A DNA stretch of 64,000 bases from Oopsacas minuta. Its lineage: Eukaryota; Animalia; Porifera. Location of the stretch: contig JAKMXF010000222.1 of assembly GCA_024704765.1 (NCBI GenBank), positions 1,178,001-1,242,000 on the forward strand. Direction: 5' to 3'. Shown here piece after piece: positions 12,619 to 26,000 of the stretch (its first letter is position 1; each line of letters opens with the position of its first letter). The translations under genes were made by a program, and so were the position numbers. A model generated the notes under the pieces. The model saw only the letters and a program-made list of their open reading frames with translations. It did no database searches and was not told the origin of the DNA.

Positions 12619-13514
12619 TATTTAGCAAATTATGCAAAGCAACTGGGGAAGCAATGTCTTTTAGCTTAGTATTAACTACATGAATTCAGGACAAGAAATT
12701 GATTCCATTCTTTAGTAATGTAAACTGTTAAATTATTAACCAAAATTGGCCCATCAAAAGTTGAGCGAAATGTCGGTATCCGATTCCAATTGAAGTTTTC
12801 AAGATTTCTCCCAAATATATTCAAGTAACTTCCTAAACAACAATCTCTCTGAGTGCGAATATGAGAACAAATACCACGTTCGATTTCCATTAATTGATTA
12901 TTAAGGTTGAAATTAATTAATGTATGTCTCAATGTGGTAATTTAACGTGGCTCACGGAGCAAAAACCATGAAGGTTTTATCTGACACAAATACCTCTCTC
13001 TCAGAAAGCATCATTGTTTGTTAATCAACCATTAACATTTGGATCGCCACTGCACACTTCTATAATGCTTTATTCGCCAATTGAAAATTTCAATATTTAG
13101 TTTGTATGGAACCTCAATCATAAATTATTTACCAAAATATTTTTACAAATTTATGATATTTGTATGTATATCTTTACGAGGGGCATGACTCTAGATTTGT
13201 TGTTGAAATTGCTGTTTGTTGAATAATAAGCTAAACTCACGTCTACATTTATCTAAGTATCTTCTTTCTTGTTTTATGGTTTGTTCAATTTTGTTAGGTC
13301 TGGTTGACATATTGAGTTATTGTAAACCCAGGGGGGCAAATATATTGTTCATAAGAATTTGACTATGCTTAATGGATTATTTATTTCAAATCTTTTAAAA
13401 GGATTCTAGCCACTGGCTTCGTTCAAAATAAGTGAATTTTCTTAATAATCCGGTTAACTATTCACTATGCTGACTAGTTTACTATCCATATTAATCGTTA
13501 TTATATATTATCAG

Positions 13515-13759
13515 GCAATTGAAGGAATCGAAACATTATTATTTCTTGAAGTACTGACAATTGGTTCTAATCTCATCTCAGATCTTGAGAATATCATGTG
13601 TTTAAGAAATTTGAAATATCTCAGAACTTTACGTTTAAATGGAAACCCTGTTTCAAATGAAGTTTGTTATCAAGACTATGTCATTTCTCGTCTACCGCAT
13701 ATAGTATACCTTGATTTTCGAATGATTTTGTATGCTGACAGATTACATGCAAATGCTAG
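13515..13759 (+). CDS. Isolated exon of an SDS22-type LRR protein with LRRcap, resembling DRC3/LRRC48
   Basis: TATCAG acceptor and AG/GTATTT donor. EVLTIGSNLISDLENIMCLRNLKYLRTLRLNGNPVS..YQDYVISRLPHIVYLDFRMI. Neighbouring exons were not identified. Confidence 0.6.
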
Positions 13760-14068
13760 GTATTTACCGCTATTTTAAATCACATTACTTATAAATAGCC
13801 TTAGTCTTCTAAATGCATTTCCTTGAACTTTTTTTACGGTATGTAGAAAGAAGTAATGTGGTCTTACTGATAACACTACGTAACACAATTTTTGTTTGGC
13901 TTCAATTTTTGATGTCCCTTATGTTTTTTGGGTCGCTGAATTCAAAAATTGTGTTAGTTTTTCCATATCATCAATGCTTTTTGACGTATTTACACTTTTT
14001 GCATTTTCCGAACAAGTTGTGTTGTTCATATATGTATATTTACCTACAGCTCTTGTAATAGATTTCAA

Positions 14069-15958
14069 CACGTAGTTATGTGTTGATAAGTTAATTTGGA
14101 CATGAAATCACTACCAAACAGTACATTGCTGATTACAAGTCCTAAAGAAAACAAAACGCACTCATGTTAGAGAGTTAAAATACTTCAAAAATGAACTGTT
14201 GAACGAGCTTTTCTTTTGTGACCAGAAATGTCTTCCCTTATCAAAAACCACATGTAATCGCCCATCATTGCACTGTCTCAGCGGCCCTGACACCGTCTTT
14301 TCATTAGCTGAATGTCTTGGTGAAATCTCTCGCCATGTTCCTCGTTGGAATCCCCCAAATTTTCTTGAAAGAAGTCAAGATGAGAGCATAGAAAATGAAG
14401 TTTCAACGACATGCGACATCCCATCTTTTTGTAGCTTGTGATCAGAGTGTTCACTATCTCTTCATAATTAAGATCTTTGTTATTTCCTAAAAAGCCATTA
14501 ACTACATCTCGTAATGCCTGCCATGCTTTTCTTTCTGTTTCGGTCATTTTATCCTCCAGGGTTCTTGACTTTAACATGGTGGTTATTTGGGGGCCAACAA
14601 ATATTCCTCCCTTTAGCTTAGCATCTGATATTTTTGGAAAAATTGCACGGATTTCTTGAAAAGCTTCTCCTTCAAAATCTAAAGCTTTAACAAATTGCTT
14701 TACAAAACCTAGTTTTATATGAAGAGGTGGTAGTAAAACCTTTCCCGGCATACAAGTGGCTCTTTGATGACATTGTACTTTCCTGGCATTAATTCTTTTC
14801 TTGGCGGCCATTGAATCTTCTTGTAGTGCTCTCCATCAGCTCTGCTGTTCCACAAACAAAGAAAACATGAGTATTTGGTGCAACCACCCTGCAGTCCCAA
14901 CAAAAACCCCAACATCTTAAAATCACCACAGAGCTGCCAGTTAAATTCAGCATAGTTTATTTAAGCAGTAGTTGCTTGACATTTTCATAGTCTTCTTTCA
15001 TTTGTATTGAATAAGCAAGTGGAATTGACGGATATTTGTCCCCATTATGAAGTAAAACTCCTTTAAGACTTTTGGTGGAACTATCAATAAAAGTCGCCAC
15101 TGAGAAGGGTCATGTTCAATTCCAACAGCATCAAACAAAGCATTCACATCTTTGCAATAGCACAGATCCTGTATTACATCAAAGTAAACAGAATAGCCCA
15201 AGTGCCTCTTCCTGTAAGCAGTTATTTTGCAATCATCACGCAGCAAATTCCACTCGCTTAATCTTGACGTCAATAGCTCTGCTGCAGATTTTGTTAGTTG
15301 CAGATCTCGTATTAAGTCATCTAATTCTCTCTTAGAAGGATAATGACGATCTGCACTTGTTGATTGGAGATACTCCTCCACAGCATCCGAAGTTTCACTT
15401 GATATCGAGTCTTCGCATTCAATATTAAACTCCAACTAAAATGACAAGAATAAAACATAAGATGCAGATTGTGGGTCACCCTTACAGCATATAAGCTAGC
15501 GTAGCCTTATATTATAAAACATAAAACCACTTACATTTGCTGGTTGTTTTGGAACTGGTAAAGTTTCACTATGAGGAACAGGTGTAATGGATGAAGGTAT
15601 GCTTGGATAAGTCAGTGCTCTTCTTCCCTTAACCTTGCGGTACTTAGCAATATTTACCATACAAAAGTAACAATCATCATGATGGTTTTGTGGCTCTCTC
15701 TAAACTCTTGAAATAGCAAATGGCATAACTCTAGCGGAACCTTCAACCAAGCTTCAAGATTAGATCGACAGCTGTCACAAATCACATGTGGGGCCCAGGC
15801 CTTTTCCTGATTCCCAATGGACATCCAAAATACAGTCTATACGCTTCCCAAAACTTAGCTTCTTTTGATATTTTATTTGAAACATGTTTGTCACCAACCT
15901 AATATCCACAAACATAGCAAAATGAGTCAGGTGAATTCTTGCATTGTCCACTAGCCAT
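14069..15958 (-). mobile_element. Chapaev3-like (CMC) transposon, decayed, with one intron (15436-15534)
   Basis: ATG 15958: CKNSPDSFCYVCG..HHDDCYFC..YPSIPSS; ELDDLIRDLQLTKSAAELL; CTKYSCFLC; PPLHIKLG; GERFHQDI. Several stops. The superfamily name is recalled from these motifs. Confidence 0.72.
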
Positions 15959-16029
15959 TGCAATTTCTAAATTTGAAAAACACTAACTTAACCTGCATAG
16001 GACTCAGCTATGGAACACTCCTGTAAGCA

Positions 16030-16492
16030 ACTCTGGGGTCATTTTTGACCCAATGAAAAATGTACATGCTGGACTCTTGGGCCATTTTTGACCCCAATAA
16101 AAAATGTACACGCTGAACTCTGGGTCATTTGTGACCCCAATGAAAATGTACACGCTGAACTCTGGGGTCATTTGTGACCCCAATGAATAATGTACATGCT
16201 GAACTCTGGGGTCATTTGTGACCCCAATGAATAATGTACACGCTGAACTCTGGGGTCATTCGTGACCCCAATGAAGAATGTACATGCTGAACTCTGGGGT
16301 CATTCGTGACCCCAATGAAGAATGTACATGCTGAACTCTGGGGTCATTCGTGACCCCAATGAATAATGTACATGCTGAACTCTGGGGTCATTTGTGACCC
16401 CAATGAATAATGTACACGCTGGACTCTGGGGTCATTTGTGACCCCAATGAAATTGTACACGCCGAACTCTGGGGTCATTTGTTACCCCATTG
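16030..16492. repeat. Minisatellite, ~11 units of ~44 bp, each with a GGGGTCA-N4-TGACCCC palindrome
   Basis: Unit AATGTACAYGCTGAACTCTGGGGTCATTYGTGACCCCAATGAAT. Outer units are more degenerate than central ones. Confidence 0.95.
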
Positions 16493-17444
16493 ACAAAGTA
16501 AATGTGTGACTCTAGTCCCAACTAGTTATTTTCGAGCACAAGTTGTTCGATCTGGCCACAACTGATTGTATTCATCTCATTTTCAAAAGATTGTTAATGT
16601 GATCAGATTTATATATCATTGATCTACTGATAAAATCAAACTCAATCGAAATAATTCAAAAGATTTGAGTGGCCAATGTCAAGCTTATCGCTGTGTTTCT
16701 ATGTCAATAATGGACTTAAGACTCTTGGCTCAGAATCCATTATTGATTTTGGTAAAAAACAATATGTAGAACCTACCTATGTGAGTTTGTTAACTTCAAT
16801 TTAAGACACTTTTATTCTTCAGTAATTGAACTAAATTTCACATAATTAGATTCATTTGGGTCCTGCCGGTAGGCGTTGGGTTATGCAGGCTATGGCCCTA
16901 CAAATAATTATTCCACTTCCATAGACTAATAGGAAGGTGTGCCGATGTGTTTGAGATATCAAGGCCCGAACGATCTTAATTCAAGGACTTACTAAAATTT
17001 TGTTCAGAATTACAGAAAAATTAACATACACAGCGTGGCGCGTGACGAATACATAATAAGTCTGGAAGATAAAGCAAAGCTTAACAGTTGAATTCAAAAA
17101 CTATCCAGCCAATAGACTGGTAGTACAACTCAGGGTTATGCATTGTTCTTTTCAGGGGGGGCAGGTCTGGGGGTACCCCCCTTATTCCCCGTATAAATGC
17201 CGCAATGCACCAGACCCGAATGATTTTGGGCTCCTGGATCTGATAAATATTTCAAGAATTCGATATTATTCGTCCACCAATGTACTCATGCTCTACAGCT
17301 TCTACTATATAGATTTAGTAATCGTCTAGCATGCTAGAAGCAACTTATACCTATTTTACACCCACTCTATGTTGTTTCAGGTTATTTCATATTTCTTGTG
17401 GACCCAGAGTTTGTCTTGTACTAGTTATAAATGCGCCATCGATG

Positions 17445-17590
17445 TGGAGTTGATTTGGGACGAGTTGATTAGGGGCGAGTTGATTAGGGACGAGTTGATA
17501 TTAGGGACGAGTTGATGTATGACCGAAATAATAGGTACGAATTGACTAAAATAATAGGTACGAGTTGACCATGATAACAGACGACTAGAG
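17445..17590. repeat. Short degenerate tandem repeats of GGGACGAGTTGA, probably transposon subterminal repeats
   Basis: Five consecutive ~15-bp units followed by scattered ACGAGTT/ACGAATT motifs. Confidence 0.7.
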
Positions 17591-17649
17591 CCTAAAATTT
17601 GCACGAGTTCACAAAATTTTTAGAGTGGAGTTGACTGGCTCAAGAAATA

Positions 17650-19200
17650 CCACTCATGGAAAAATTAGCGAAAGTTTTCTTGGTACCTCCAGCTTTAATG
17701 TCAGACGTGGAATGATTATTCAGCGTCGCTTGGTACTAGTTGAAGAAGCACGAATTGATTGGCAATCGTAGTTTGATAGTATTCTTCTCCCACCATGAAT
17801 TGGATCTACTTCTAATAATCAGTCCAGATTACGTGCCTCAGCTTTGAAAAATGTGATTTCCATCTCAATTACGTCAGTGGAGGGAAGGTGATTAATCTGA
17901 TTTGCGTAAGACCTAACTGTGAATAACGGCTTCCTTCGTTTCAATGACTGTTCTTCTTTTATTGTCGATTCTTGTACAGGGTGTGTATTCTTGATTTCGA
18001 ATGCCTTTCTCTCCAAGTCAAGTACAATGTTCATTATAGATTTTAGATCATTTAGATATTCAATATTCTCCAGGGCTTGTGTTCCAAATCGAGGGTCGGA
18101 ACATGTACTGATCAAATAAAATTTATCCAATTTTATAGCCTGAAACGCTTTTTGAGAGTATTGCATAGTACAGTGGACAGAGAATTATTATTCACAGATT
18201 TAGTAGAAATTTCATCCAGCTCTTTATATACAATATCAAGAGCGGGTGCAGGCAATACCATCCCACTGGCTCCATAACTGGATTGTATTCGTTGGTAAAT
18301 AATGCAAAGGGTTGAAGGGTTTTGCATAATTCCCGCAGGACATTCATCTCGTATTTGTAGGAGGTTCATATGAAGTTTGGGGAGTTCAGTAAATAGGTTG
18401 GAACATTTTTAAGAAAAACCTTAGCCCATTTGTTGAGCATTTTGCACTATTGACAAACTTCTGTGTTTTTCCACAATAATGTTAATTCTTCCCCGATGAC
18501 CCAAATTTGTGTTCAAAATCTTTTACAGCTAATTAACCTGTGTGGTATAAACACGGGGACCAAAATTGAAGAAACCCCCTAAGTAGGCGAGTGAGTAGAG
18601 AGTCAGAGAAGAATCTGACAATCCTAGAGACACAAGATCGACAGTATGCAGCATCTGTTTGGAGTGTTGATTCGGTTTCAACAACATCTATGTCATCGCA
18701 ATCATTAAATTCATGTTCTGATGATTCAATCTCATCAAATTCTAATTCTTGACCATATTTGCACTATTATCACTACCAACTCGTGCAAGGCATTTCCTCC
18801 GATATAACAAATCACCAAACTCATCATTCAACCCTGCCATCTGGTCTTTGAAATTGAGAGTCTTTCCTTCTAAATTGTCTATTGAATCAAATTTCCTCTA
18901 ACTTGTTCGAAATTCGCTTGTTCAGCTCTCTCCATGCATCATGCTTTCCCCCACACTCTTTGTATTTTATCGTAGAAAAGTGTCGAAGTAGGTTTGTTAA
19001 TGCAGTGGGTAATGCCATACCTAATACACTTATGCCGTGTATTGTCTGACCCTTCGATGGACTGAAAAAACCGCGCGTACAATATAGCACGAGTCTCCCT
19101 ATGTTGGATTTAGGGAGCATTTGATACTTCAACACATATTAGATCCTCACAATAATCGACAAGAAATACTTGACTATGTAAAATATCAGGTTCCATAATA
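17650..19200 (-). pseudogene. Highly degraded hAT (Ac/ZBED1-4-like) transposase
   Basis: Fragments GISVLG..RHF..GKHDA, ASGMVLPA..LKKRF, SDPRF, and C-terminal WW..IRASSTS resembling the dimerisation domain. Confidence 0.5.
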
Positions 19201-20371
19201 TTATCAGGCTCCATAAATCAAGAAATTTTGATGGATAAAAATCAAATCCTCATATAAATAGCGTGGGTAAAACAGAGGCGTGGCCAAGGCGATGCGCTGT
19301 GGTTGAAATCATCTGAACTTGTTCGGACTTCGTTAAGCTGAAAATGGTAAAGTGGTACTGGATATTTAAATATTTTGATCTCTGAATGGTTTCAGACAGT
19401 ATTGTTTTGATTTGAGACAATTTATGATAGAACTAATGACTTTCTACTTTTTAGATTCCCTAACAAAAAATATATATATTGAGTAATACACTTCGGTCTC
19501 CACAACTTATCACACGACTGTAATCAAAGACCGTGCTACGCCACTGCTAAGATAACGAAAACATCGATTAAGTAAGGTCTTGAGCCTCGACACATTGGGC
19601 CATCCGATTAAGTATCAATGTAGGTACATTGATACTAATCGGCAAATCATCTTTTCACTCGACATATGAATAAATCAGATAATGATTATTAACAGTGCTA
19701 CTGGAAAAGACGTCCCATTGAGGAAAGAAAAGTACCGTAGGATACGCTTTATCCTAATAGAAATCGCATTAATTTAAGTAGAACTTGGATAAAAGGTACT
19801 ATATCCTTAAAAATAAAAATTCATCCCCATTCATTTAATGTTATTATGTGTATTCTTTTCAGGGGCCAGAGACCAGACCCCAACTGATTTGGGCTCCAGG
19901 CTGGATCTGAGAAATATGTGAAAATATGATTCACCACACGATTAATCACTGAGTAAAAGTTTTGAAAATGTCAAAATTGGAATCTACATACTCTCGATTA
20001 CTCATTATTAGCAGTTGAAACGAAAGATATAACATGATTTGAAATATATGCAACAAGGTGTGATAATATGATTCATCATATGAAAAATAATATAGAAATA
20101 GATTTGAAAATGTGAAATTTGACATCTACATAATCGATTACCCTAGGATAGGAGTTAAAACGTATTCTCTAGCATCATTTTCAATAGTATGCATAAGGTG
20201 TAAGTGTGAAAATATGATTAATCACATGATATATCTGTGAATTTGTTACTTCGAGCTATGAAAATCATTAAATCGGACACTATACATCCAATACCCTGAC
20301 AGCATGATATTCCAAATCTGTAGCATGCTTTTGAATTTTACATAGAAGTGTGAAATATTCACTTTAGAAAA

Positions 20372-20526
20372 TACTCATATCCGAGGTACCAATCTCAGAC
20401 CCAAAATTTATATGTATACCAATTTTCATGTTAATCGGAAGTGTAGATTTCGACTGACTGAAGGACATACGGACGTCGCACATCGTCAATGGCATTAGGG
20501 CATCTCCCTATAGGAGCTGCACTAAA
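20372..20526 (+). repeat. Short interspersed repeat end with GGAC-type microsatellite (DINE-1/Helentron-like), related to 56930-57060
   Basis: Shared CAAAAT..TATA..AATTT(T)CATG.TAATCGGA..TAGATTTCG..microsatellite..CCC.TATAGGAG at both loci. Confidence 0.4.
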
Positions 20527-20680
20527 AATGACGAAGTTATGCGTAAGATATGTTGATAGATCAAAGAGAATTGAACAAAATATTATAGACACTGAAATGT
20601 TTACTGTATGTATGTGGAAATATTTGAGATAAAATGTAAGTGAAGAATACACAAAGTACTACTGAGTATGCTAAAAAATA

Positions 20681-23600
20681 TCAGGAACTAGATAATGGAG
20701 TCTTCACAGTTTGAGCAAACACAATATTTTTAGAATGTTTTGAGCAAACAAATAATCCACATATACGACAAGATGCAGTAACCTTTAAATCAACATTTTT
20801 TCGAACACATTGGTTACATCGCCCTCTTTTACCTTTAGTTACTAGTTTCGAAATAGGTTCATTAGAATTAATTGAATCAGTGTCAGTATCAATATCAATA
20901 TCACCCTGAGAGGGATTAGCTTTTGCGATAGTCTCAACTCCAAGTACATACGATTCAGATTCTGATACATCCAATATATCAGGAGATTGTTCAGAAAAAT
21001 TTTCCGATATACTTCTATCGGTAGGGATACTTGAAGAAACTTGAGTAATAGCAGTCTTTATCACACTGTGATAGTACTTGAATTTTGATGAATTTTTTCG
21101 AATAACTATCAAAGGATTGACAAGTTGCTGACCAAGAATATAGAGAAATTCTTTCCGATTTTTTGTTTTTACCATCTTGGATTCTGGAAATTTTAGACAG
21201 TATAAAACCCATGCTGCATGTGTTGAAAACCCAATTAGGTCATAAAATACGACACAAGGCCACCTGGCTGTTGCTCGATAACTTCGATACTCCTTAATTA
21301 ATTGGTCCAGTTTATCAACCCCAGATTTTGATTTATTATAATCAAGAATAATTAAGGCTTTATTCTTATACTCCGATAGGGCTTTCGATGTATGCACATT
21401 AGTTAGCAAGAAAACATTTTTGTTTTTCTTTGCTATATAAGAAAGCAGAATGTGTTTATCTGTAAATAGAAATATTGAGGAATAGAGTTCCCTAGTCTTA
21501 GTAACATGTAAAGACCGTGGAATTTCAACTCTCATTTTCTTAATAGTCCCTAAATAACCAATTTGATGTTGTTTAAGTAGTTTATTTGTGAGGCTTAAGG
21601 AAGTGAAATAGGAATCTCCAACAATGATATGTCCCGGATTTAATACACAGGCAAGCCTAAGAACTATATCCTCTGGCTTGTTACTCAAATTAGTTTTACC
21701 TATATAAATCTCTAAAATAAGTGGATAATAATTCTTGGAATCGGCAATAACCCATATTTTAATACCATAACGATCAGGTTTGCTCGGAATGTATTGCTTG
21801 AAAGAACATTTTCCGCGATAGCGAGCCAAATGCTCATCCACTGTAACCCAAGTTCCAGGTGTATAATATTCTCTGAATAAACGATTCAAACTTTCAAACA
21901 CGTCACGAATAGGGGCTAACCTATCAGATTGTTTCCTCTCATCACGAGTTGATGCATCATCAAATCTTAGAAATTTAAGCATATGTTTCAACCGATCCCT
22001 GGGCATCGTTGCCTTAAAGATTGGTTTGGATTTATTAATATCATCAGAAAATAGATCTGCAATTGATTCCTTATTAGCATGAAAAACACCAGTTAAAATC
22101 AAGAGTCCCAACAAAGCATTTAATTCCTCTGGAATAAATGCATCAAGATATTTATGCGATTTAAGTTTGTCGCCATTTCGATCTAAATGTTCCATGAGTT
22201 TTGAGTTAGTCATTTGAAGAATAGTATCACACAACTCTCCGGTAAAAAATAACTGAAAGAAATCTAAAAGAAAAGAATCAAATAAGTATATTTCATTAAT
22301 TTACAGGTAATTAACCACTATACTCGAAGTAGAGATACACTGTAATGATTCCCATATCTTGTATTAATAGTAACCTAGCGGTAAGTTCCCTCCGTCCTAC
22401 CCTAACCTGGGCCGTCGAGAGCGCGAGCGGGCCCCCTCTGATATTTTGTTCCGTTATCGTGAAGTGAATACACCAAACGTAAACTATTGCATTCGCATTA
22501 TATATATATTAAAAAATTTAAATAAAAAAAATCCTATTTACTCATATATTTTATGAATTTTGAAATAGCCTATAGCTATATAGCTATTGAGTTTATGATG
22601 TTAAGTAGTATAAATGAAAAAATAATACTACAAAGCTAATACTTCAAGAGGTATTAAAGTTAAGAACAGAAAAATACAAAAATTTACGGTCAGTGTAATT
22701 AACAGAAAGCCTTGTGTGCCTTCTATATTTTCCCCTTTACTTGTCTACTTAATGTAGCCAATAAAGCCCATGCATACCTTAACAGAGAGAATTTCTCGGG
22801 CCCCGGGGTAATTGCCTCGCCTACCCCCCCCCTCACGACAACCCTGGCCCTAACTACATATTTTTCTTATGTAAATTCTTTGTTGATTTTTTGAATATAA
22901 AGTAAACCAATTGTTGAAATATTAAGTTATTAATTCAATTTTGCAATTGTATACATTGCTAAATTGAAGGCACAAAGTGCCAAGTCCCATGCGAACACAA
23001 AGCGTCGGAAAGCCTCGCAGCAGAGCAAGCGAAGCACCTCGTTAGTTAGATGAAAAAATCTGGACAAATTAGTTCCGGCCGGAATCATTTCGAGCTAGAA
23101 CAACAACTAACTCCAGATTTCATATTTATGAATCCGTAAAATTCACTGAGACCCTTCGAACTCCAACTGGAACTAGTTTTGATCATATCAATTTCAAATT
23201 TTCCAACTGCCTCAAAATACTATACCACAGCCCCTACATAGAGAAAGCTATGATTATATATTCCATAAAGCTACTCTAAACAATTTATCAATTTGGATTA
23301 GAAAGATACTAAACAAATTCATTCATTGCCACGTAAAATATCAAATAACACATACAGGGTTAGGCATAAGTTCTGCAACAAAATTGAAATTAAGCTAGAG
23401 GTTCTGCGAATGGTTTTAGGTGAATAATTATTTATCATATATTATCTTCAATATCTTTTTATACAATATTTAGAGTATTGAGTCCTACTAGAAAGATTTT
23501 TTTGATTTATGGACAAAGAAGCAAAACGGTCACTGATAATCTTGTATCATAATGAAGGCAAGTCAGCTTCCATAATATCAAAAATGCTGTCCATAAACAG

Positions 23601-26000
23601 ATGGATAGTCTACCGTACAATCAAACGTTACAAGGAGACTGGCAGTACCCAGGACAGGTTCAGAAAAGGTAGACCTCGTTCTATTCGTACTCCCGCTGTT
23701 AGGAAGCTCGTCCGGGAGAGGGTCAAGAAGAATCCTGTCAGAAGCATCTAAGGTATGGCAAAAGACTTCAATATTTCAACCAGAAGTATGGGGAGGATAG
23801 TAAAAGAGGATTTAGGCTTAAAATGCTACAAATTTCGAGAGGTACAGTTACTTTCTGAGGTGAATAAGAGGCGTAGGTATGAAAAATGTCTGATTCTGAG
23901 AAAAAGGTTTACTGGTGGCACGCACCAGAGTATTGTCTTCTCCGATGAGAAGATTTTTACCGTAGAGATGGCATATAGTCGCCAAAACAGTCGAATTCTT
24001 GCTCCAGATCAAAAGTCTATATCGTCATCAATACGCACAATCAAAAGAACTCAGAAACCTGCATCGGTCATGGTTTGGGGAGCTATTACCTCTGATGGTC
24101 GGACACCTCTGGTGTTCATTGACAAAGGGGTGAAAATTAACAAAGAGGTGTATGTAGAGAGCATTTTAGAGAACGCATTGAAGCCTTGGGCTGGTGAGCA
24201 CTTCAATGGCGCGCATTGGGTGTTCCAGCAAGATTCCGCTCCCTCCCATAAAGCCAAAATGATATCTGAGTGGTTGAAACTCAATGTACCGGAATTTATA
24301 TCAACTGAAGAATGGCCGGCCTCTTCTCCAGATCTAAACCCTATGGATTTCTGTATATGGTCCATCTTAGAGTCCAGGGTATGTGCAAAGCCTCACAAGA
24401 ATGTCGAAAGTCTGAAGTCTTCCTTGATAAGAGAGTGGGATTTAATTAGTGAGGACGTGTTGCGTGCTGCTGCTGATAATTTCTATAAGCGATTGAGCCT
24501 ATGTATTTCAGCAAAGGGCAATACATTCGAAGAGCAAGATTAATTTCGTATCCTTAGTATGTATATTCACTAATTCATTACGAATTTCAACAACTATTAT
24601 GGTAAGATAAGAAATATACTAGTTTATACTTGTTGCGGAACTTATGCCTAACCCTGTATAGCTCAGCTATTCTATATTCCAGCTTGTATTTTACCCAAAC
24701 TGTGCTATATATTAGCTCAGGCAGCTCAGCTGTATACGTCTCATGAATCTGTTAAAATATTCATGTACGAATCATATTTTATTAACAAAAAAGAATTTTT
24801 GAAAATGTAACCATAAGTTGATATTTTCGGGGTCATAATTTGGTGTCCAATAGAAATCGAGAAGATGTAAATGACAAGTAGGGATGGATATAATCCAAAT
24901 TCTATCAACTGTGAACTGTGCTTAAAATCTATGACAGTTTAACTATCCTAATAAGTGAAATTGGAAATGTAAAATGTTTCACATGTCATAATTCCAAATT
25001 CACTCCAACTTGTGATGAGTATTCACGTTGCAATGTTTCTCAAAGTCTATCTACACAACCATACATATAAGGTATTATAGATCTCACAATTCTAATACGT
25101 ATTCAATATCATAGAGACATAGATAGATAAAATATCATGTTGACTGATAATATATTGAGTATAAATAACGAACTTTATCTATTTCATAAAATAGCATCAC
25201 TAAAAGTATAAATATTTATTATCAACCATTAATGGAATGATATGACCAAACTAGTGTGTGAAAATATTATGTATAATACCGTGAAACAGCCACTGTTTGT
25301 TGTAACTTGTCTTACTACACGGAGTATAACAGAATTATTTGAGATTTATAGAAAAGCTTCCATGGACATAACAATATATTAGGATAGTTAAACTTTCATA
25401 AAACAGACCTATATATATAATTCTTTTTGAACAAATTTGGGAATTATTTAACTATCCCAGGAAAATACCTCAAGTAAACACTGATAGATTCCATTCTGAA
25501 AAGAAAAAGTAAAACGAACAACTATTTGTGTATTGCAAATTAGCACACGGAGAGTGTCAAGCATAATCAAAACATTGAAAATGCATTACATGTCCGTTGA
25601 TATCCATACGGCATGGCATCTCCTATAAAGCTTCGCAAAAAATTTGCCAAAAATACAATTTACCTAAAGGAGTTTTACAACCACTGCATTTGTCAGCATC
25701 TATCTTAGGTTCAAAGTTCTGAAAGATGGCAAAGTCATCAATATCGAATTTTTCATACCATTTAGTTTTTTTATCACCTGAAATCCAATAATTAGCTTCA
25801 GGGATATCCATAAATGAACCAGTCGATCCTGTATCCGACCCAGAAGTCGCTAGAGAATCTTCGTCCGACGAGACAGAAGAGTTAGAATAAGTGTCGTCTA
25901 AGTCAATATTCTCCAAATTTATTGAGTCTTCATCTGAATCATATTCATAAATACTCGTATCAGAGAACCGCTGAGGAGTTTTGGGAATTTTAAATGTCAT
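20681..26000 (-). CDS. Two-exon piggyBac transposase (PGBD4-like), ~639 aa: exon 1 26000-25664, exon 2 22263-20681
   Basis: Phase-1 donor TTAG/GTAAAT at 25664/25663 and acceptor CTTTTAG/AT at 22264/22263 rebuild KTPL-D-FFQLFFT. Acidic N-terminus, VDE / GDSYF / GVDKLDQ triad, RRWP-like ARWP motif, C-terminal Cys-rich domain. Confidence 0.82.
23355..24656 (+). mobile_element. maT-type (DD37D) Tc1/mariner element inside the piggyBac intron; transposase 23509-24543 with one stop
   Basis: TIRs CAGGGTTAGGCATAAGTTC(T/C)GCAACA with TA flanks. FSDEK, QQDSAPSH, WPASSPDLNPMD (37 residues counted). TAA at 23749. Confidence 0.92.

Noticed and set aside
10872-12932. Minus-strand ORFs 10872-11120 and 12672-12932 as exons of one extracellular protein flanking the Tc1
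   Set aside because: Composition looks coding, but I could not establish a family motif or consistent splice phases.
16030-16492. CRISPR array (palindromic repeat at a regular period)
   Set aside because: The linkers are near-identical rather than unique spacers, there are no cas genes, and the context is eukaryotic.
16030-16492. Array of estrogen-response-like elements
   Set aside because: The half-sites are separated by 4 nt, not 3, and read GGGTCA; there is no other support.
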